Below, in pieces: positions 46,790 to 60,552 of a DNA stretch of 64,000 nucleotides. The position numbers were made by a program, and so were the translations under genes. The first letter of the stretch is position 1; each line of letters starts with the position of its first letter. The notes beneath the pieces were generated by a model. It was not told where the DNA came from and searched no databases. It saw only the letters and a list, made by a program, of their open reading frames with translations. Source of the DNA: Daphnia carinata (taxonomy: Eukaryota); the NCBI RefSeq assembly GCF_022539665.2, contig NC_081331.1, forward strand, positions 8,122,001 to 8,186,000, in the 5' to 3' direction.

Positions 46790-47625
46790 TGTAACGAAGC
46801 CAATATACGCCTTCTTATATTCTCATGCTTCCACTTATATCTTATACCTATATTCTCTTCTGCAACATCTTTAATAAGTAATTAGTATAAACATGTCAAT
46901 TGCAACACCATATATACGCAACACGGGTGACCTAGATGAACACCTGCTAGCTAGCTGACGCATCCATGTGTCATCAGCATCACGCCACTTATAAAACATC
47001 TTTCATTGGCGCCCATCATCGCATCATTATCACGCCATTTTAAACATCTTTGATTGGTCGCAAATACTCGCACAGCAACTCACCAATTTGCCAATATGCG
47101 AAGTGTAATCGTGAACACAAAATATGGGAAAGATCAGACAAGGACCCGCGTCTGAGCAAAGTAGTCGCCTGAATTCATTCGTGTTGCTCCTATCTTGATT
47201 AGTAGTATTGCGCAGTAAATTGTACTCTAGTGGAAATCTTATTTGCTTAACTTGCCTTAATTTGCATCTGTTCAACTTAATTACTCTGGGACAGTGCCTT
47301 TGTCCTTTCTTTAAACACTTGTTCAATCCATTTTGATTGTGAGTTGACTTCGTGAGCGTGAGGTTATCTCGTTCGCTTCCGTGTCGATTCCTTTCCGCTA
47401 CCTACTCGTGTTATCACGGTAAGACTTGGTTACAATTGTCCCTCTCTTTCCCTCTCTTTATTTTCCCTACTGTATCTGAATTCCTCTTATGTCTTGCTTC
47501 TTGTAGTATGCTTAACGTAGAACAATAAATCCATCATTGTGGGAAATACGCCTCCGAGCTCGTTATTATTTCCTTTTGTCTTAAATACCGTAAAGTCAGT
47601 CTTCCCACAAGGAAGATGCTTTACA
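46790..47625 (+). repeat. 3' LTR (836 bp)
   Basis: TGTAAC...TTTACA termini, TATAAA at about 46990 and AATAAA at 47524. The last 97 bp match the 5' remnant. Confidence 0.9.
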
Positions 47626-47746
47626 CTTGCTACTGCTTGATTGTAGCATTTTTTGTTCATGTTTTGGTATGGCCCAGTGGAGAACCTGTGTTAATTTAAA
47701 TATTTCAATCTATTTTACTTTAAACCTACAAGCAATACATAAATAG

Positions 47747-48300
47747 GTTGACCAAATATTAACCGAATACAAACACAGAGTATTACTTTGTCATCCTGAT
47801 AAGAATCCATATGACAAGTCCACTACTCAGTTTCAAAAACTTCAGGTAAATAGATTCTGCACATTAACCAAGTAATGTGATAGATACAGTTAATTTCTGG
47901 TCATTCCAACAGGAAGCTAAGGAGGTGCTCTGTGACCCAGAAAAGCGAAATGATTATGACAGATGGAAAACAAGTGGAATAACAATTTCATACAAGCAAT
48001 GGATTGTCGTAAATAAACGATCTACTGCAGTAAGTATTATATGTGCAACATCAGGATGACTTTCTATGTAGGTTTAAAGTAAAATAGATTGAAATATTAA
48101 AATTAACACAGGTTCTCCACTGGGCCATACCAAAACATGAACAAAAAATGCTACAATCAAGCAGTAGCAAGTCAGAGATAATAAAGGTGAAACAAAGTAA
48201 GCTTTCAACTAAAATTGGTTCACAATATTGTTCATACAATTCCATCCTAGAAAAGTTTAGGAACTATGAAATATGTAAAAGAAAATCTTTGAACATCTGA
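47747..48300 (+). pseudogene. DNAJC12: DnaJ homolog subfamily C member 12-like; three exons, first exon absent
   Basis: Exons 47747-47845 (…CHPDKNP…FQKLQ), 47913-48029 ([30 protein letters not shown]) and 48112-48300 (VLHWA…FRNYEI). The N-terminal J-domain exon is not seen after the LTR. Confidence 0.75.
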
Positions 48301-48777
48301 ATTTATTTTACTAGTGTATTCAATATTGACTGTTGCTGTTGTGTAATATTAACTCGATGAAAAGTTTAATAAAATATGTGCATATAAAGCAAGTATCTTT
48401 CGAACCGTTCGGTCATTAAGTTGAATGCTACTTAAATGGGTTCCAACCGACATTACTTGTGTATTCTCGATCAGGCACTGGCATTTAAAGATGCACTTCT
48501 AGTTCTTCAAATGCTAATGCCCAACTAATCTCACCAAAGAAATACAATTGAAGTAGGTCAGTTTACTTTGTTCAACAACTTAGCCAGCTCCAGCGCCAAA
48601 GAAGTAAAATTAGGCGCAATTGTAAAGAGCTCGCATTGCCGACAGACAAATTAATCACCTACTGAATACTACTGGAACGGATCTTTATTTCCTAATGTTC
48701 TGCCATAATTGCCAATGATTAAAGTTACATGAGAAACTTGCACAAAGCGCAAGAGAAGCTAAAACACGTTTCTTGAA

Positions 48778-49088
48778 TTAGGCTTCCAATTCCAGCGCCA
48801 TACCAATTTTGTGACCTCCTTGGTTGAAGTTTTTCAGATCAACCATTGACGATAGGGTAATGGTAACACCTGAATACGAAAAAGAATAAGCCTCAATATG
48901 ATTTAACTTTCAGTTACAACGTACCCTGGCGGAGTTTTTGCTGATAGCCAAGGCCAAGCTGGGAAGCGTTATTGATCTTGGCGCGGACTGCACTGTCGTT
49001 ATCTAACTGGTACTTGCAACCAATACCGAATCGGGTGGCATTTGAACCGGCAGTCCAGGCAAGTTGGACACCTGTTTCTAGATTAGCC
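48778..49088 (-). pseudogene. VDAC: Voltage-dependent anion channel (porin) 3' fragment, last two exons
   Basis: LETGVQLAWTAGSNATRFGIGCKYQLD…AKINNASQLGLGYQQKLRQG | VTITLSSMVDLKNFNQGGHKIGMALELEA*. Truncated mid-exon. Confidence 0.9.
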
Positions 49089-49860
49089 CGAGTACTACCC
49101 TGCACCGAGCTATTACACAGAGGCGCCAGTGTATTATTACACAACAACGTACGCCACTCAAAGCTACTACACCGAAGCTCCCGCCTACTATACCACAAAG
49201 GCCCCTGGGTATTACACCACAACCTACGCTTTTCCGTCTTACTACACTGAGGCCTCAAAATATTACTCAGCTCCGAGCTACACAACAACTGTGTCGTACT
49301 ACACCACGACAGAGGCGCCCAAGTACTACGTGGCTCCAACATACTACCCCGCAGCTGCCCCGTCTTACTACGCTGAGCCTGCATACTACGCTGAAGCCCC
49401 GAAATCTTACGCTGCCCCTAGTAACTACACTACGGCTGCCCCTTCGTACTACGTGGAAACTACCTACTACACCACAATTTATGCTGCTCCGTCTTACTAC
49501 ATCACGAAGGCTGCTGAATACTACACAACGACTTAGGCCGCTCCAGCTTATTACGCTGAGGCTCCGCAGTAGGCTACTACACAACAAAGGCTCCCGAGTA
49601 CACAACATATGCTGCGCCAAGCTACTATACCGAGCCTCCCATGTTCTACACCACAACATATGCCTCCCCAGTTTCCTACACCGAAGCTCCGCCGTACTAC
49701 ACCACAAAGGCTACTGAATACTACACGACTTAAGCCTCGGAGTATTACACACAGAAGGCTGAATGCTACACCACAACTTACGCAGCTTCAGCTTACTACA
49801 CTGAGGCTCCGCAATACTACACTACAAAGGCGCCCGAGTACTACACCACAACGCATGCTG
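49087..49860 (+). pseudogene. Tyr/Thr-rich repeat protein fragment, 5'-truncated, with stops and frameshifts
   Basis: YYTEAPAYYTTKAPGYYTTTYA repeats and in-frame TAG/TAA codons. Abuts the porin fragment. Confidence 0.75.
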
Positions 49861-51398
49861 CACGAAGGGTTTAGTAAAATTTTATCAAAATAAATATTTC
49901 CCGAAATTAAGCGAGTAACGTTTTTAGAACTATTACACTGAACGACCAAAGTATTATTAATCGTAATAATTGCGTTGTCCGCCAAGCTCAATAGTTAAAA
50001 ATAATTAGATCTTGTTTTATTATTTGCTGTCCTCGTTCCAAAATGAGTATTTTCCTGCCATGTATATATGCATTAACTAGTCGTTCCATACGAATGTGGT
50101 ATATAAATGAAATGTTGAATACAGCTATTATGTCGTTATTCAATCCGTGCTTGTTTCTATTCTTTATTACATATGAAGATGGATGAAGACGATTTCATTT
50201 AGTGTTTGTACAACATCGTAATTGCTGAACACAATTATGCATTAGGATATTTGTGGGGGATATATCATGGTTATTCACAAAATAGCAATGAGTTTATTTA
50301 TACAGTCGCATAGCACAAATCTCATTTATTCATTGCGTTAGTCCATTGGCATTGTTAAGTTGTTGTGGTTAAAACCCATTATGTTTCGCTTTTTAATTAA
50401 ATAGCAGAATGAAATGTAAAGTTTTCTTTAGTTTGCACCTGCACAGCTAATGGCTCTTTCCTAATTTCACCCTGAGATTTCTGTGTTAAGGAATGGTTAT
50501 TAATTATTGGGAAAATAGCCAAAAAGGTTGCGCTAAGCACTTGATTGACATACTATTCGTAACCTCCAGACCTGCCAGGATGGACTGAATCATGTTGTTC
50601 ATCATCATTATGTTCATCATCACAAAACATGTTGCTGACGTTATCGTGTATTTTCCGTCATAAAACAACTCCCATTTAAATTCGGCGAAACTATTGTACA
50701 ATGTAATAAATGAGCTGTATCAAGAAAATGGTGATAAATAACATCCAATGTAATTATAAAACAAAAAACTTAAGAAAAGTTTTAAAATTTTCAATTATTA
50801 TTTCTCGCTCACGAATTAGGGTGCGGCATCACGCACCGTTAATGGTATGCAAGAATACTCCGTATCACCTGGCGGCCAACATTGAAGCTAATGTGTTCAC
50901 GCATTGGCTGGGTATTATTGTAGTTGTGAGGTGAAAATAGAAGTTAAATTCGTAAAGCCGTTGTAAGATCGTAATTACTTATTTTTGGCATTTGTTGTTA
51001 ATCCTGCAATTCCAATGTTGACATCGCGTTGTCATCCCAGGACATCAATTTTCCCCTACCAACTAATGAAAATGAAGACAAAAGAGCGGTTGTGGGATCA
51101 GTTGAAAATACTCTTGTTTTCACCGACTGCGTGGATTTAAATCGCAACCGCCAACGGCCAAAAGGGAAGAGAATGTCACCAGGTACGCGACAACGTCATT
51201 AAAGGTGGGGTAAGAATGTTATATCTCATTTGTTTATACGCCACAGGCTAGTGGCGTGCATTAGGGGGGAACAAAAAGCTCATATAAAAAGAAGGCAAAA
51301 CACATTTGAAATTATTCGAGTCGGCTCGTCGAACAGCAATGGTAGTAAATCGAGCGTCGCACATCCGTTCTCTATCAAGACAACATTATCTTACGATC

Positions 51399-52372
51399 AT
51401 GGGTAAGTATCACGTTTTCAAGATTAATAACGTATTTTGTTAATGAATTTGTAGTAGATGAGTTCAATAAGTTTTGACGTTTTCTCAAACTAATTGCATT
51501 ATTTTGATAATGTTTTATGTTTGAATTTATCTTTAAAGTGCATTCTGTTTTAATTTGTAGCTAACTATGCACAATGCTTCTGTTGGCTGTTTCTTTGATG
51601 GCTGGACAGGCCATGGCTGGGGCGATGGGTTCTGCTTCATCCGGGTACTACACCGCTCCAGCATCCTACTACACCACCAAGGCTCCCGAGTAGTACACCA
51701 CCAAGAAGGCCGAACATTATACCACAACGTACGCTATTCCTAGCTACTACACTGAGCCCCCGAATACTACACAACGAAGGCACCGGAGTATTACACAACG
51801 ACATACGCTGCAACGAGCTACTACACCGAAGCAACCAAGTACTATGCCGTCGCCAGCTACACTACCACTACCGCTGTCTACTACTGCACAACAGAAGCAG
51901 CCAAGTACTACGTAGCTCCGACTTACTACCCTGAAGCTGTCGGTCTTACTACAGTGAGCCGACATACTACATTGAGGATCCACGCTATTATTCTGCTCCG
52001 TCTTACTATACCACTGCTGCTCCTTCTTCCTACATCGAGCCAAGATACTACACAACAACCTATGCCACCCCAGCTTATTATCCGGAAGCTCCAAAATACT
52101 ATTCGACTCCAAGCTACTACACTGAAGCCCCCGTTTACTTCACTACGACTTACTCGGCCCCCGAGTACTACACCACATCACAAGCCACTCCCAGTTACTA
52201 CACCGAGGCTTCTAAGTATTATTCCGCTCCAAGCTTCAGCGCCAAGGCGCCCGAGTATTACACCACTACGTCTGCCTCTCCTGGCTACTACACCGCACCT
52301 CAAAAATATTATTCCGCTTCTAGCTACCAAAACTGAAGCTCCGGAGTACTATTAAGGGCCCCTAAGATTTTA
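51399..52372 (+). pseudogene. Tyr/Thr-rich secreted repeat protein pseudogene with promoter
   Basis: TATA box TATAAAAA at about 51283, micro-exon ATGG|GT (51399-51402) and exon 2 from 51561 with the same signal peptide as the 25211-26028 copy. Early frameshift and TAG at about 51691. Confidence 0.75.
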
Positions 52373-52914
52373 ATAGGTGAATTGAAAAATCATTGCTTCG
52401 TTTTTATTTTATAGTTACACGGTAAACGTTATTTCAAACCACTATCTTGTGTTTGTGTTATTTTTCAGTGGAAAGTGGTACTAGACAAGTTGTCTAATTA
52501 ATTATATTTTCCGTTAAAACAACTCGTTCACCCAATGAAATTTCACATCGTATCGTTTGACATTGAAATTTCTTTAAATTAATTTTAATCTGTAAATGTT
52601 TAATCAATTTCAAGTGTTTCAAACTTGGAAACACATTGTATTAAGGTAGACAGTTTGTCTTGTAGGTTTGCGGATGATCTATTCTTATTTCCAGCTTGCT
52701 GATATCACGCTGTTTGCAACAAATCACCAAAGGAAAGGGTAAAATATTTAAAGCTAGTGACATTCGATTATCAACATCAACCATCTTTAATTGCAAAACA
52801 GACATTTAAATGATAATTCGGAATTTATCTTCAAAGGATTGCAGCCGAGGCGTTTTCACGATTATCTCGCTGATAAAGTTACGCGCTATTTTGCGCGCAC
52901 GCACTGATATGCTG

Positions 52915-53141
52915 CCACGACGATCCTCGTTGGGCCTTTTCAGTCCTTTGGCCGGCCAATCTAGATACATAAAATACAAAAAAACACAGTTAGTACGCTT
53001 TAGTTTATCACTGATACCTTACTGGCGACGACGATCCCACGACGATCCTCGTTGGCCCTTTTCGGTCCTTTGGCCGGCCAATCTAGATACATAAAATACA
53101 AAAAATCACAGTTAGTACACTTTAACTTATCCCTGATACCT
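52915..53141 (+). repeat. 122-bp-period direct repeat, 2 imperfect copies
   Basis: CCACGACGATCCTCGTTGG…GGCCGGCCAATCTAGATACATAAAATAC…GATACCT at 52915 and 53037. Confidence 0.85.
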
Positions 53142-56127
53142 GTTTTTGGTGTCGCCGTTCCTCGGTGTCCTGCGGTCTACAGTGACGTGTCCACAGTGAC
53201 GTGTCCACAGTCCCATGTTACGATGATTGTGCCTTCATCGTCATTTTTTCCTAATCTATCTTATGCGACTAGACTATACACCCGTGCGAAGGCAAAACCC
53301 GGTGCTTATATGAGGCTTTCGTTGTGTGAGCGTGACTGAGAAGGCGTGAAACACTACACAAAACACCCGGAGAGATCTATCTACTGTTTATGTTCGTTCC
53401 CGATTTATTTATTCATGACTAATATCACTTCCGATGGAATCTGGCACTAGGTTAGTTGTTTGATAAATGTTGCCGCTTTCGCGTATTATAATCAATTTTT
53501 ATTCTCAAAGATCAGCGTATTACACAACGACGTAGATCGAACACATTGAAGTTTGTTTCTGCAGTTTTCGTTCTATTAGTCAGCCTTCTGTGCACCGTAT
53601 TTGTTCGCACAGTAGCTTTTCACAGAACAGCGCAACATTTCCTTACGTATCTTGGCCGTTCGGTAACGTAGGTCCCATCTCCGTCGTAAGCGATGTGGAT
53701 AATATCCTGCGTTTATCATAACGCCGACGGTCATCGATGCAATGCGGAGGGTAAACTAAATAGAAGAGGAAACAATAGCAGTGCAAGCACATTTCCCTAG
53801 ATTTTTTTTGTTAAATTTTACTTTTAGAATTCGTTACCTTGCCTTAGCATATTGAGAGATACGTATCTAGACTTTCGAAAGCACGTTGTATTTTTATTTG
53901 ATTTTTTTTTTGTTTTTTGTTTGACTCATTTAAACAACAGTTGATGAACTATTGCTAATAAAACAGGTGATCCAATCTAAAGCAACTCGGAGCCAAGGTT
54001 CCGTCTACGTACTACCCACCTAATTACGCCTTTCGACAAGTACTAAGGTTCAACGAACACTGATTTATGGAATGTATGTGAATAATAATGCTCAAAGACG
54101 TACGCCGAAATGTGAGATAATAGGAGGCGACTTTAGATAGGGGTAAATTTGACTAGTTATGATGGGGGAAAAAAACATCCGCACTTTGCCGTCATAGACT
54201 AGGACTCTAACGTACTGTATGACTGCACATTTTGCGAGAATCAGTAAACGGGTGTGCAATCACATCTAAAGACTGATCAATAAAACAGTTCCAAATACCA
54301 AATACTCAACTACTCTAAAGCTAGGAAAGCTCAGATGATGCGTGATACAATAATCAAATAGTAGCTTTAATAGTAACGATAATAAGGATTAGAAAGTACG
54401 TAAAGGATCCAATAGAAAAACTGGGAGTAGACGTAGCGCGCCGAGGCAGGACCACGAATTCCGTCGATAACGAATTTAAGGACAACAATCGGGCATCAAA
54501 AGAAGGCTACAAACACAAAAAATTTTTGAACAACGTTTGACGACATTTGTTTCCACGAGACAACCGATGTATTACGCGATTTTCTTTTTCTATTCGTCCA
54601 AAAAGCGTGAAACGTTTCAGTTGCCGTTACTCAGTTCCGTAAGGTCATTAAGGAAGCTCTCCGGAGTCAAAAGGTGAGAAGAGCCTACGAGCAAATTCCA
54701 AACACAATCAGTGATGTGCTCATTTAAAACAAAACAAAAATAAACGTAGCAGCAAAAGGTACTGACCGACAATGACTTCCCAGTTCTTGACGGCATTCGT
54801 CACTTCATATGCCGACCTCATTTGCGAATACGAGACTCCACCCATTACAAAAACGATTATGCGAGGAACGTTCCTCACATGCTGCTGAGATTTGCCTTTA
54901 TGCCAGTACCGCGCACTGGTAAGAACAAAAACAAACAAGATACACATAATTTTTTTGCGACAACTGAATACACGAAGTGGTTACCTGGCCGGGGCATTTC
55001 GGGAGACAGGAGCAGCGGGGCGTCCAGCCAGAAATGGAAAATGTCTTTGATCCAACTTGTCTTCGATAGCATCTTCGGCGATATCTTTTAATATGGGAGT
55101 CCAACGGGACATTTGGTAAGTTTGTTCTATAATGCGTTCCTTTCGAGTGATTTGATGGATTTTCTTTCGAGTGCCATAGAAATCAAAATTCGACAGTCAA
55201 AATTAAAACTGATACTTCTATTCAGTAGGAATTCTTTTTTTTACGTCGACTGCAACATTGAGACCCAACAAAGCCATGTTAATAATAATGCTACGCTCGT
55301 TAGGTGGAACTTGGGCGTGCTGAATCAGCTTGGTAAGATTTTCTTCCGAAATGCCATTCTTGGAAAGAACGTAAAGCAAAATGATTCGGATTTTATCAAA
55401 ATAGCTGACTTTCGTGTCCAGAAGAATTGGCACAATGTTCCTCGTATGATCTTTGATTTTCTCCCCTTCGGCATCTGTCCCCATGGCTAGATCCTAAATC
55501 CAAAGCATAATTGTTAATTACCAGAGGGATCGTGTAACGATCCCGAAAGGTAATTGTAATTGTGCTAGAAATAAATGAAGAGACGACCCTAAGGGTGTAG
55601 ACCCATTTATTTAGCTCTTTAAAGAAAAAAACAAAGGAACACCTATTCCTTTCCTAATGCCTGGATACGCCCCCTCTCTTCAGACTTATTTCACCAGGGC
55701 TTGTAACAACTTTAACAACATAAACAACTAAACGAAACAATGATTATGAAATCAGAGATGGACCAGAGAAAAAACCTGACGTAATTCTGACAGGGGAAAA
55801 AACTCTGTCCGTAACGGTCATGAAAAAGGGTAACAACAGTAGTGCCATTCAAAGATCAACTCGTTAAGAGAAGACACAACAAAAAATTGCAGTTCTTCTA
55901 TAGCTGCCATCTCGCCAGGGGTTTTCTTAGCCATGAAGCTGATTTGCCGGACGTTCGATGGACTGATTCCAGTTATGACCACTGCCTCCGCTGAAACCTC
56001 TGGGCTTTCTGGCTTGGTTTACTCTATCAGAAACCAAAATATAATAAAAATACAAAAGGCTGACGGATATCAAACCACACAATAATTCTCCATAAATGAA
56101 GCCAGGGTGGGTTTGGGTGGGAGACAG

Positions 56128-56252
56128 ACCCTTAGAGTCGTCTCTTCATTTATTTCTAGCACAATTACAATTACCTTTCGGGATCGTTACACGATCCCTC
56201 TGGTAATTAACAATTGTGCTGCGAAATGCCATTTCGTTAGACCCTAAGGGTG
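56128..56252. repeat. DIRS internal complementary region (ICR)
   Basis: Reverse complement of 55509-55595 joined at AATT to the reverse complement of 60667-60706. Confidence 0.92.
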
Positions 56253-56267
56253 ACTTTGTAGATTTGC

Positions 56268-57569
56268 TTAAATGTGAGTTTGTCCGAAGACTGATGATTC
56301 AACCGTTGCCTCCGCCGATCGGTTGTAAAATCTTCTAAACGTCGATTCGTGAGACCAGCTTCCCGCTTTTAAAATTGCATCCATTGACAATCCGTTGTTT
56401 GACGCTTTAGAAGCGGCCGCGCTTCTAGGTGAATGTGCCCCAAATACCTTCGTATTGATCCCGGCTTCCTTTAGGACGGATCTTATCCATCGACTCACCG
56501 TGTTGGGTGACACTGGTTTGTGCGGAGCAATGACTGCTATAACCAGCCTATCACTGTTGTGTTCCGCTCGAAAACTACTAGTGCGCTCCTTGTATGACTC
56601 CAACGTCCTAACCGGACATACCTTTTGATCTGGACAAGCTGTTAAAGAGAATGTTTGCAATGGACCGCTTCTCTGAGCTTTCCTCGGCGCCCCCAACGCG
56701 ATTTTTACGCTATTTGAACCGAATACTAACGAACTGTATTCAATTGCCGCAATTTCTGAGACTCGCATGAGCGTCGCTAGCGCAATCAACGTTACCATTT
56801 TGTACGCTAACAGGTACAGAGGTAACGAATCGTTTTCTCCTAACGAAGAAACAAAGGTGAGGACTTGATTAGGATCCCATGTTGCATTGTATCTCGGACG
56901 AGGCGGATTTCGATTGTAACAACCTTTGAGCAATCTTACTACTTCCGGCCGCTCGCTTATGCTCACGCCCTCCGCTGGCTTAAGAGTGCTCGACAACATC
57001 GACCTATGAAGATTAATAGAACTATACGATTTACCCGTCGCATGCAAATTTGTTAAAAATTCCAAGATGTCCGCTATAACAATGGAGAAGGGATTCGAAC
57101 GCCTCCCCATACACCAATGCACCCAATTTCTCCATGCTGACTCATAAGCGGTTTGGGTGTTGGGCCTAATTCCGGCCATGAGTAAGTCGACCACCGTTGT
57201 CGAAAATCCTCGCTCAAGGTACTGTCTCCTGACAGCTTCCAGACGGCCAAGCGTAGCGCATTGTTCCAGGTAAGCGGGTGAGTTTCGTCCAGTGCTGATT
57301 TCAAAAGGGTCTGAGACGGCGCAAGAAGACGTGGGACGTCGCAGGAGAGCTCCAGCAATAACGGGAACCACGGCTGGCCTATCCAAACTGGGCAAACAAA
57401 AACCACTACAGATTTTTCCCACCTGATCTTTCCTAAGCATTTGAAAATTAAGGCGAATGGTGGGAAACAGTAAGCCAATAACCCTTTCCAATTGACTGAA
57501 AAGGCGTTTGTTGCCATTGCGCCAGGTTGCGGATGCCACGAAATTAATGATGGAAGCTGTGCGTTCCAA
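56268..57569 (-). CDS. DIRS tyrosine recombinase
   Basis: SAM-like N-part (TAYESAWRNW, YSSINLHRSMLS) and catalytic motifs MRVSEI, CPVRTLESY, AHSPRSAAAS and GSWSHESTFRRFY. Confidence 0.92.
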   Translation of the reverse strand: MERTASIINFVASATWRNGNKRLFSQLERVIGLLFPTIRLNFQMLRKDQVGKICSGFCLPSLDRPAVVPVIAGALLRRPTSSCAVSDPFEISTGRNSPAYLEQCATLGRLEAVRRQYLERGFSTTVVDLLMAGIRPNTQTAYESAWRNWVHWCMGRRSNPFSIVIADILEFLTNLHATGKSYSSINLHRSMLSSTLKPAEGVSISERPEVVRLLKGCYNRNPPRPRYNATWDPNQVLTFVSSLGENDSLPLYLLAYKMVTLIALATLMRVSEIAAIEYSSLVFGSNSVKIALGAPRKAQRSGPLQTFSLTACPDQKVCPVRTLESYKERTSSFRAEHNSDRLVIAVIAPHKPVSPNTVSRWIRSVLKEAGINTKVFGAHSPRSAAASKASNNGLSMDAILKAGSWSHESTFRRFYNRSAEATVESSVFGQTHI

Positions 57570-59110
57570 GGTGTTGCGAAAGCGTCAACGACTGACGGCC
57601 ATAGTTCCTGAATGCACTTGAAAACGCGCGGATCCAACTTCCAATCCCCGGCGTCAGGCCCGACCCGTGACTCTTCATCCGCAACGATATTTAATTTACC
57701 CGCTACGTGAACCGCCTCCAACGATATGCCGCGGTTCTCGCACCAAGTTGTAAGCTGGGCAGATACGTTAGTCAGGGCCTGAGATCGAGAATCCCCGCAA
57801 TGATTAATATAGGCTACAGCTGTCGAATTGTCCAAGAATACCCTAATTGAGATATTCTTAGACTGAGCAGCGAACGCCTGTACCGCAAAGAACGCTCCTA
57901 ATAGTTCGAGCTCGTTAATGTGCTTTTTTATATCCGCTGGCGTCCAAGATCCTCTCGTTCTGATTTCATCACAGCATGCGCCCCAACCTGATAGCGACGC
58001 ATCTGTATAAATCTCGAGATCTGGTGTGTGGGGAAAGAAAATTTTATCTTGGGTTTTGTTTAGATTAAACACCCACCATTCCAGGTCCTCACGAGCCTCA
58101 CGAGCTTCCGCTGAAAATGAGCATCTAGTCTTTAAATTGAAATTGGCCGATTGCGCTTGTTTGATGTAGAACCGTTGCAATCTACGGTAATGCGCCTGAG
58201 CGTATGGAATCGCTGGGATCGCCCAGGTAAAGTTGCCCATGATAGACGCAATCTTTCGCAAAGAAATTGACTCCGCCGCATGCGCCGCCTCACACATCTT
58301 CTTAACTGCTTTTACTTTGATGTTTGGCAAGGCGAAGGACAATCGAACCGAGTCGATTACTAGCCCCAGATTCTCCGACTTGCGTAGGGACCAACACGGA
58401 TTTTTCCCAATTTATTAAAAAACCCAGATGTTTTAGCAACTGGATGGTTACGTTAAGATCCCCTAATGTGCTTTCTTCAGACACATTCAAAATTAAGATG
58501 TCATCCAAATAGATTATCAGTCTTACGCCCTTTTTTCTCAAAAAACCCATGACAACCTTGAGAATTTTTGTAAAAATCCTTGGCGCGGAAGCCAGACCAA
58601 AGGCCAGACAGGCAAATTGGAATAAACGCCCCTTCCACTGGAACCGCAAAAACTTTTGGTGGGCAGCACAAACCGGCACCGTCAGGTAGGCGTCTTTTAA
58701 ATCTAGTTGAACCATCCAATCCCCTTTTCGTAAAAGAAAACGAGCCGATTCTAGATTTTCCATCTTGAAGAATCGTACCGAATAAATTGATTCAAGGGCT
58801 TCAGATTAATGATAGGCCTAAACCCACCCGATTTTTTGGGAATCACAAATAAAGAACAAAAGAACCCTTCAGACCCGTCGGTGATTTCTCTAATAGCCCG
58901 CTTTCTGACAAGATCCCTCACTTCTCTGTCACACACTGCCTCCATCTCTTTGGACATGACAACAGGGACAGAAATTGTGCGTTGAGTAGGTGAAATGCTG
59001 AAATCGAGTTTAACGCCATGCGATAAACTATCGAGGATCCATTGATCGTCCGTTACCACCGTCCAACGATCAGCAAAAGCTATCAACCTAGCACCCACTT
59101 GCTCTTCCGC
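57074..59110 (-). pseudogene. DIRS pol: reverse transcriptase, RNase H and adenine methyltransferase-like domain (frameshifted near 58770 and 58370)
   Basis: LFVIPKKSGGFRPIINLKPLN, LDLKDAY, FGLASAPRIFTK, YLDD, YTDASLSGWGA, HINELEL, DNSTAVAYIN, NIVADEESR and DAFAT…YCFPPF. Confidence 0.9.
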
Positions 59111-59129
59111 CCGGCGTTTAGAACAAATA

Positions 59130-60552
59130 ATAGATTGGGGATTAAAAACGTACCTCTGGCCTCCCCGTAACCAGGAACTAGCCCCAGTCGGTCGTCCTCT
59201 TTCCCCTCCAACTCGTTGCGGTGGCTGCTCCCTCGTCTTCCTCGGGCGCAAAACGAAAGGGTGCTCCGATGCTGATTGAGAATGGTCCATTGACTTGGAC
59301 CATGAACTTGTCTTGGTCTTTGAGGTTTTAGCCAATGTTGCGTCCTGCGATGCTTCTTTAAGCATCGACTCCAGGAACTTTCCCGTAAAAAGGAGCTCTC
59401 GAGCCTCCTTTCCGGGTGCAAACGCTTGCGGGTCAGCTGCAAGAAAGTCAAAACCGGGTTCCACTAAGGCAACCACCGATCGCCTTCTCTGCCGGGTAAC
59501 GTGGTGATAGGCGCGAGACCACTGCTGTAGTGCGTCCTTTACCAAATCCTGGGCTTTTCTTTCTGATTCTCCATCACTGAGGGAAAGAATGCGGGTATAA
59601 AGGTCTATAAGTGGCGGGCCAATATCCATGATCTTGAGATGCGTCGTGACCAGCGACTCCTCCGCCGCATTGACTGCTTTTAACTTCCCTTTATCCTTTG
59701 CCCGTCTATACATGTAGCCGTCGAGTTTGGGTGGTCTTAACGAAAATTCTTTGTCCACAAAATCAAGCGGAATCCTCTTTGAAATTGCTTTAGATTCGTT
59801 AGTTGGTACTCCTTTCGTCAACCAGCTGGAAAGAGCTTCGGTGACCTCTTGTGGCACTACCAACGGTACAGGCTCTTTACTACCATTCGACCTTAGACTA
59901 CGGGGCTCTGGGGTACGCTCCTTTGATGAACCCGGCCTCGGTGAGCTGGGTACGGCTGGCGACCTGGCCGCTTGCTGCCCTGCCAAACTCTCTGGCCTTC
60001 GATTTGCTGGGCGCCATGGCCGCTTAAAGAATCCTTGCAGACGATCCTTATCTTCGTGGTCGTCTTCTTCGTGGTAGTCTTCTTCCTGCTCGTCGGTTCT
60101 GTTTCTATTGCCACGGTCAAAACTCTCACGACTTGGCTCACGCTCGCTGTCCTCATCCGTATATTGCCCATCCTCCACACGATTATATTCCGCACAAAAA
60201 CTGTCACGGCGGGAATTATAATTCGCCGTATCACTCCAAAACCCTCGACTGGTCTCACGTGTGTAAAAATCCCGCACGTCATACCCATAGGTTGGTCTGA
60301 CTCTGCCATAATCTTGGTCGTTACGATCGTAGATGGCGCGAGGTAGGGACGGTCGCGATAAAACCCACTCGGCGTTGGACGTGGGGGGGACCTTTTCCTT
60401 TCTTGATAACGTGAATCGTAGTAACTTCGGCGATCACGATAACGAGAGCGTTCTAAAAATTCTCTTTCCTGCTCCCTATTTGAAAAATTTACGGCACGTG
60501 GATCAAACCAATCGTTTCTATGCCTATCTCTGTAATTTCCAGGTGCCGACAT
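59130..60552 (-). pseudogene. DIRS gag-like ORF1 (frameshift near 60260)
   Basis: Arg/Asp-rich N-terminus (ORF 59893-60606) continuing in ORF 58751-60277 with PPKLDGY, HVTRQRRRSV and ELLFTGKF motifs. Boundaries approximate. Confidence 0.7.

Larger units (their letters stand above)
29039..47625 (+). mobile_element. Ty3/Gypsy LTR retrotransposon / endogenous retrovirus-like element with env; 5' LTR truncated; nested CACTA insertion
   Basis: LTR remnant, PBS, gag, PR-RT-RH-IN order, accessory ORF, env and a full 3' LTR. Confidence 0.95.

Noticed and set aside
48914..49384. 156-aa ORF as a real porin fusion protein
   Set aside because: The N-half is the antisense of a repeat pseudogene that happens to be in frame. 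There is no promoter or expression evidence.
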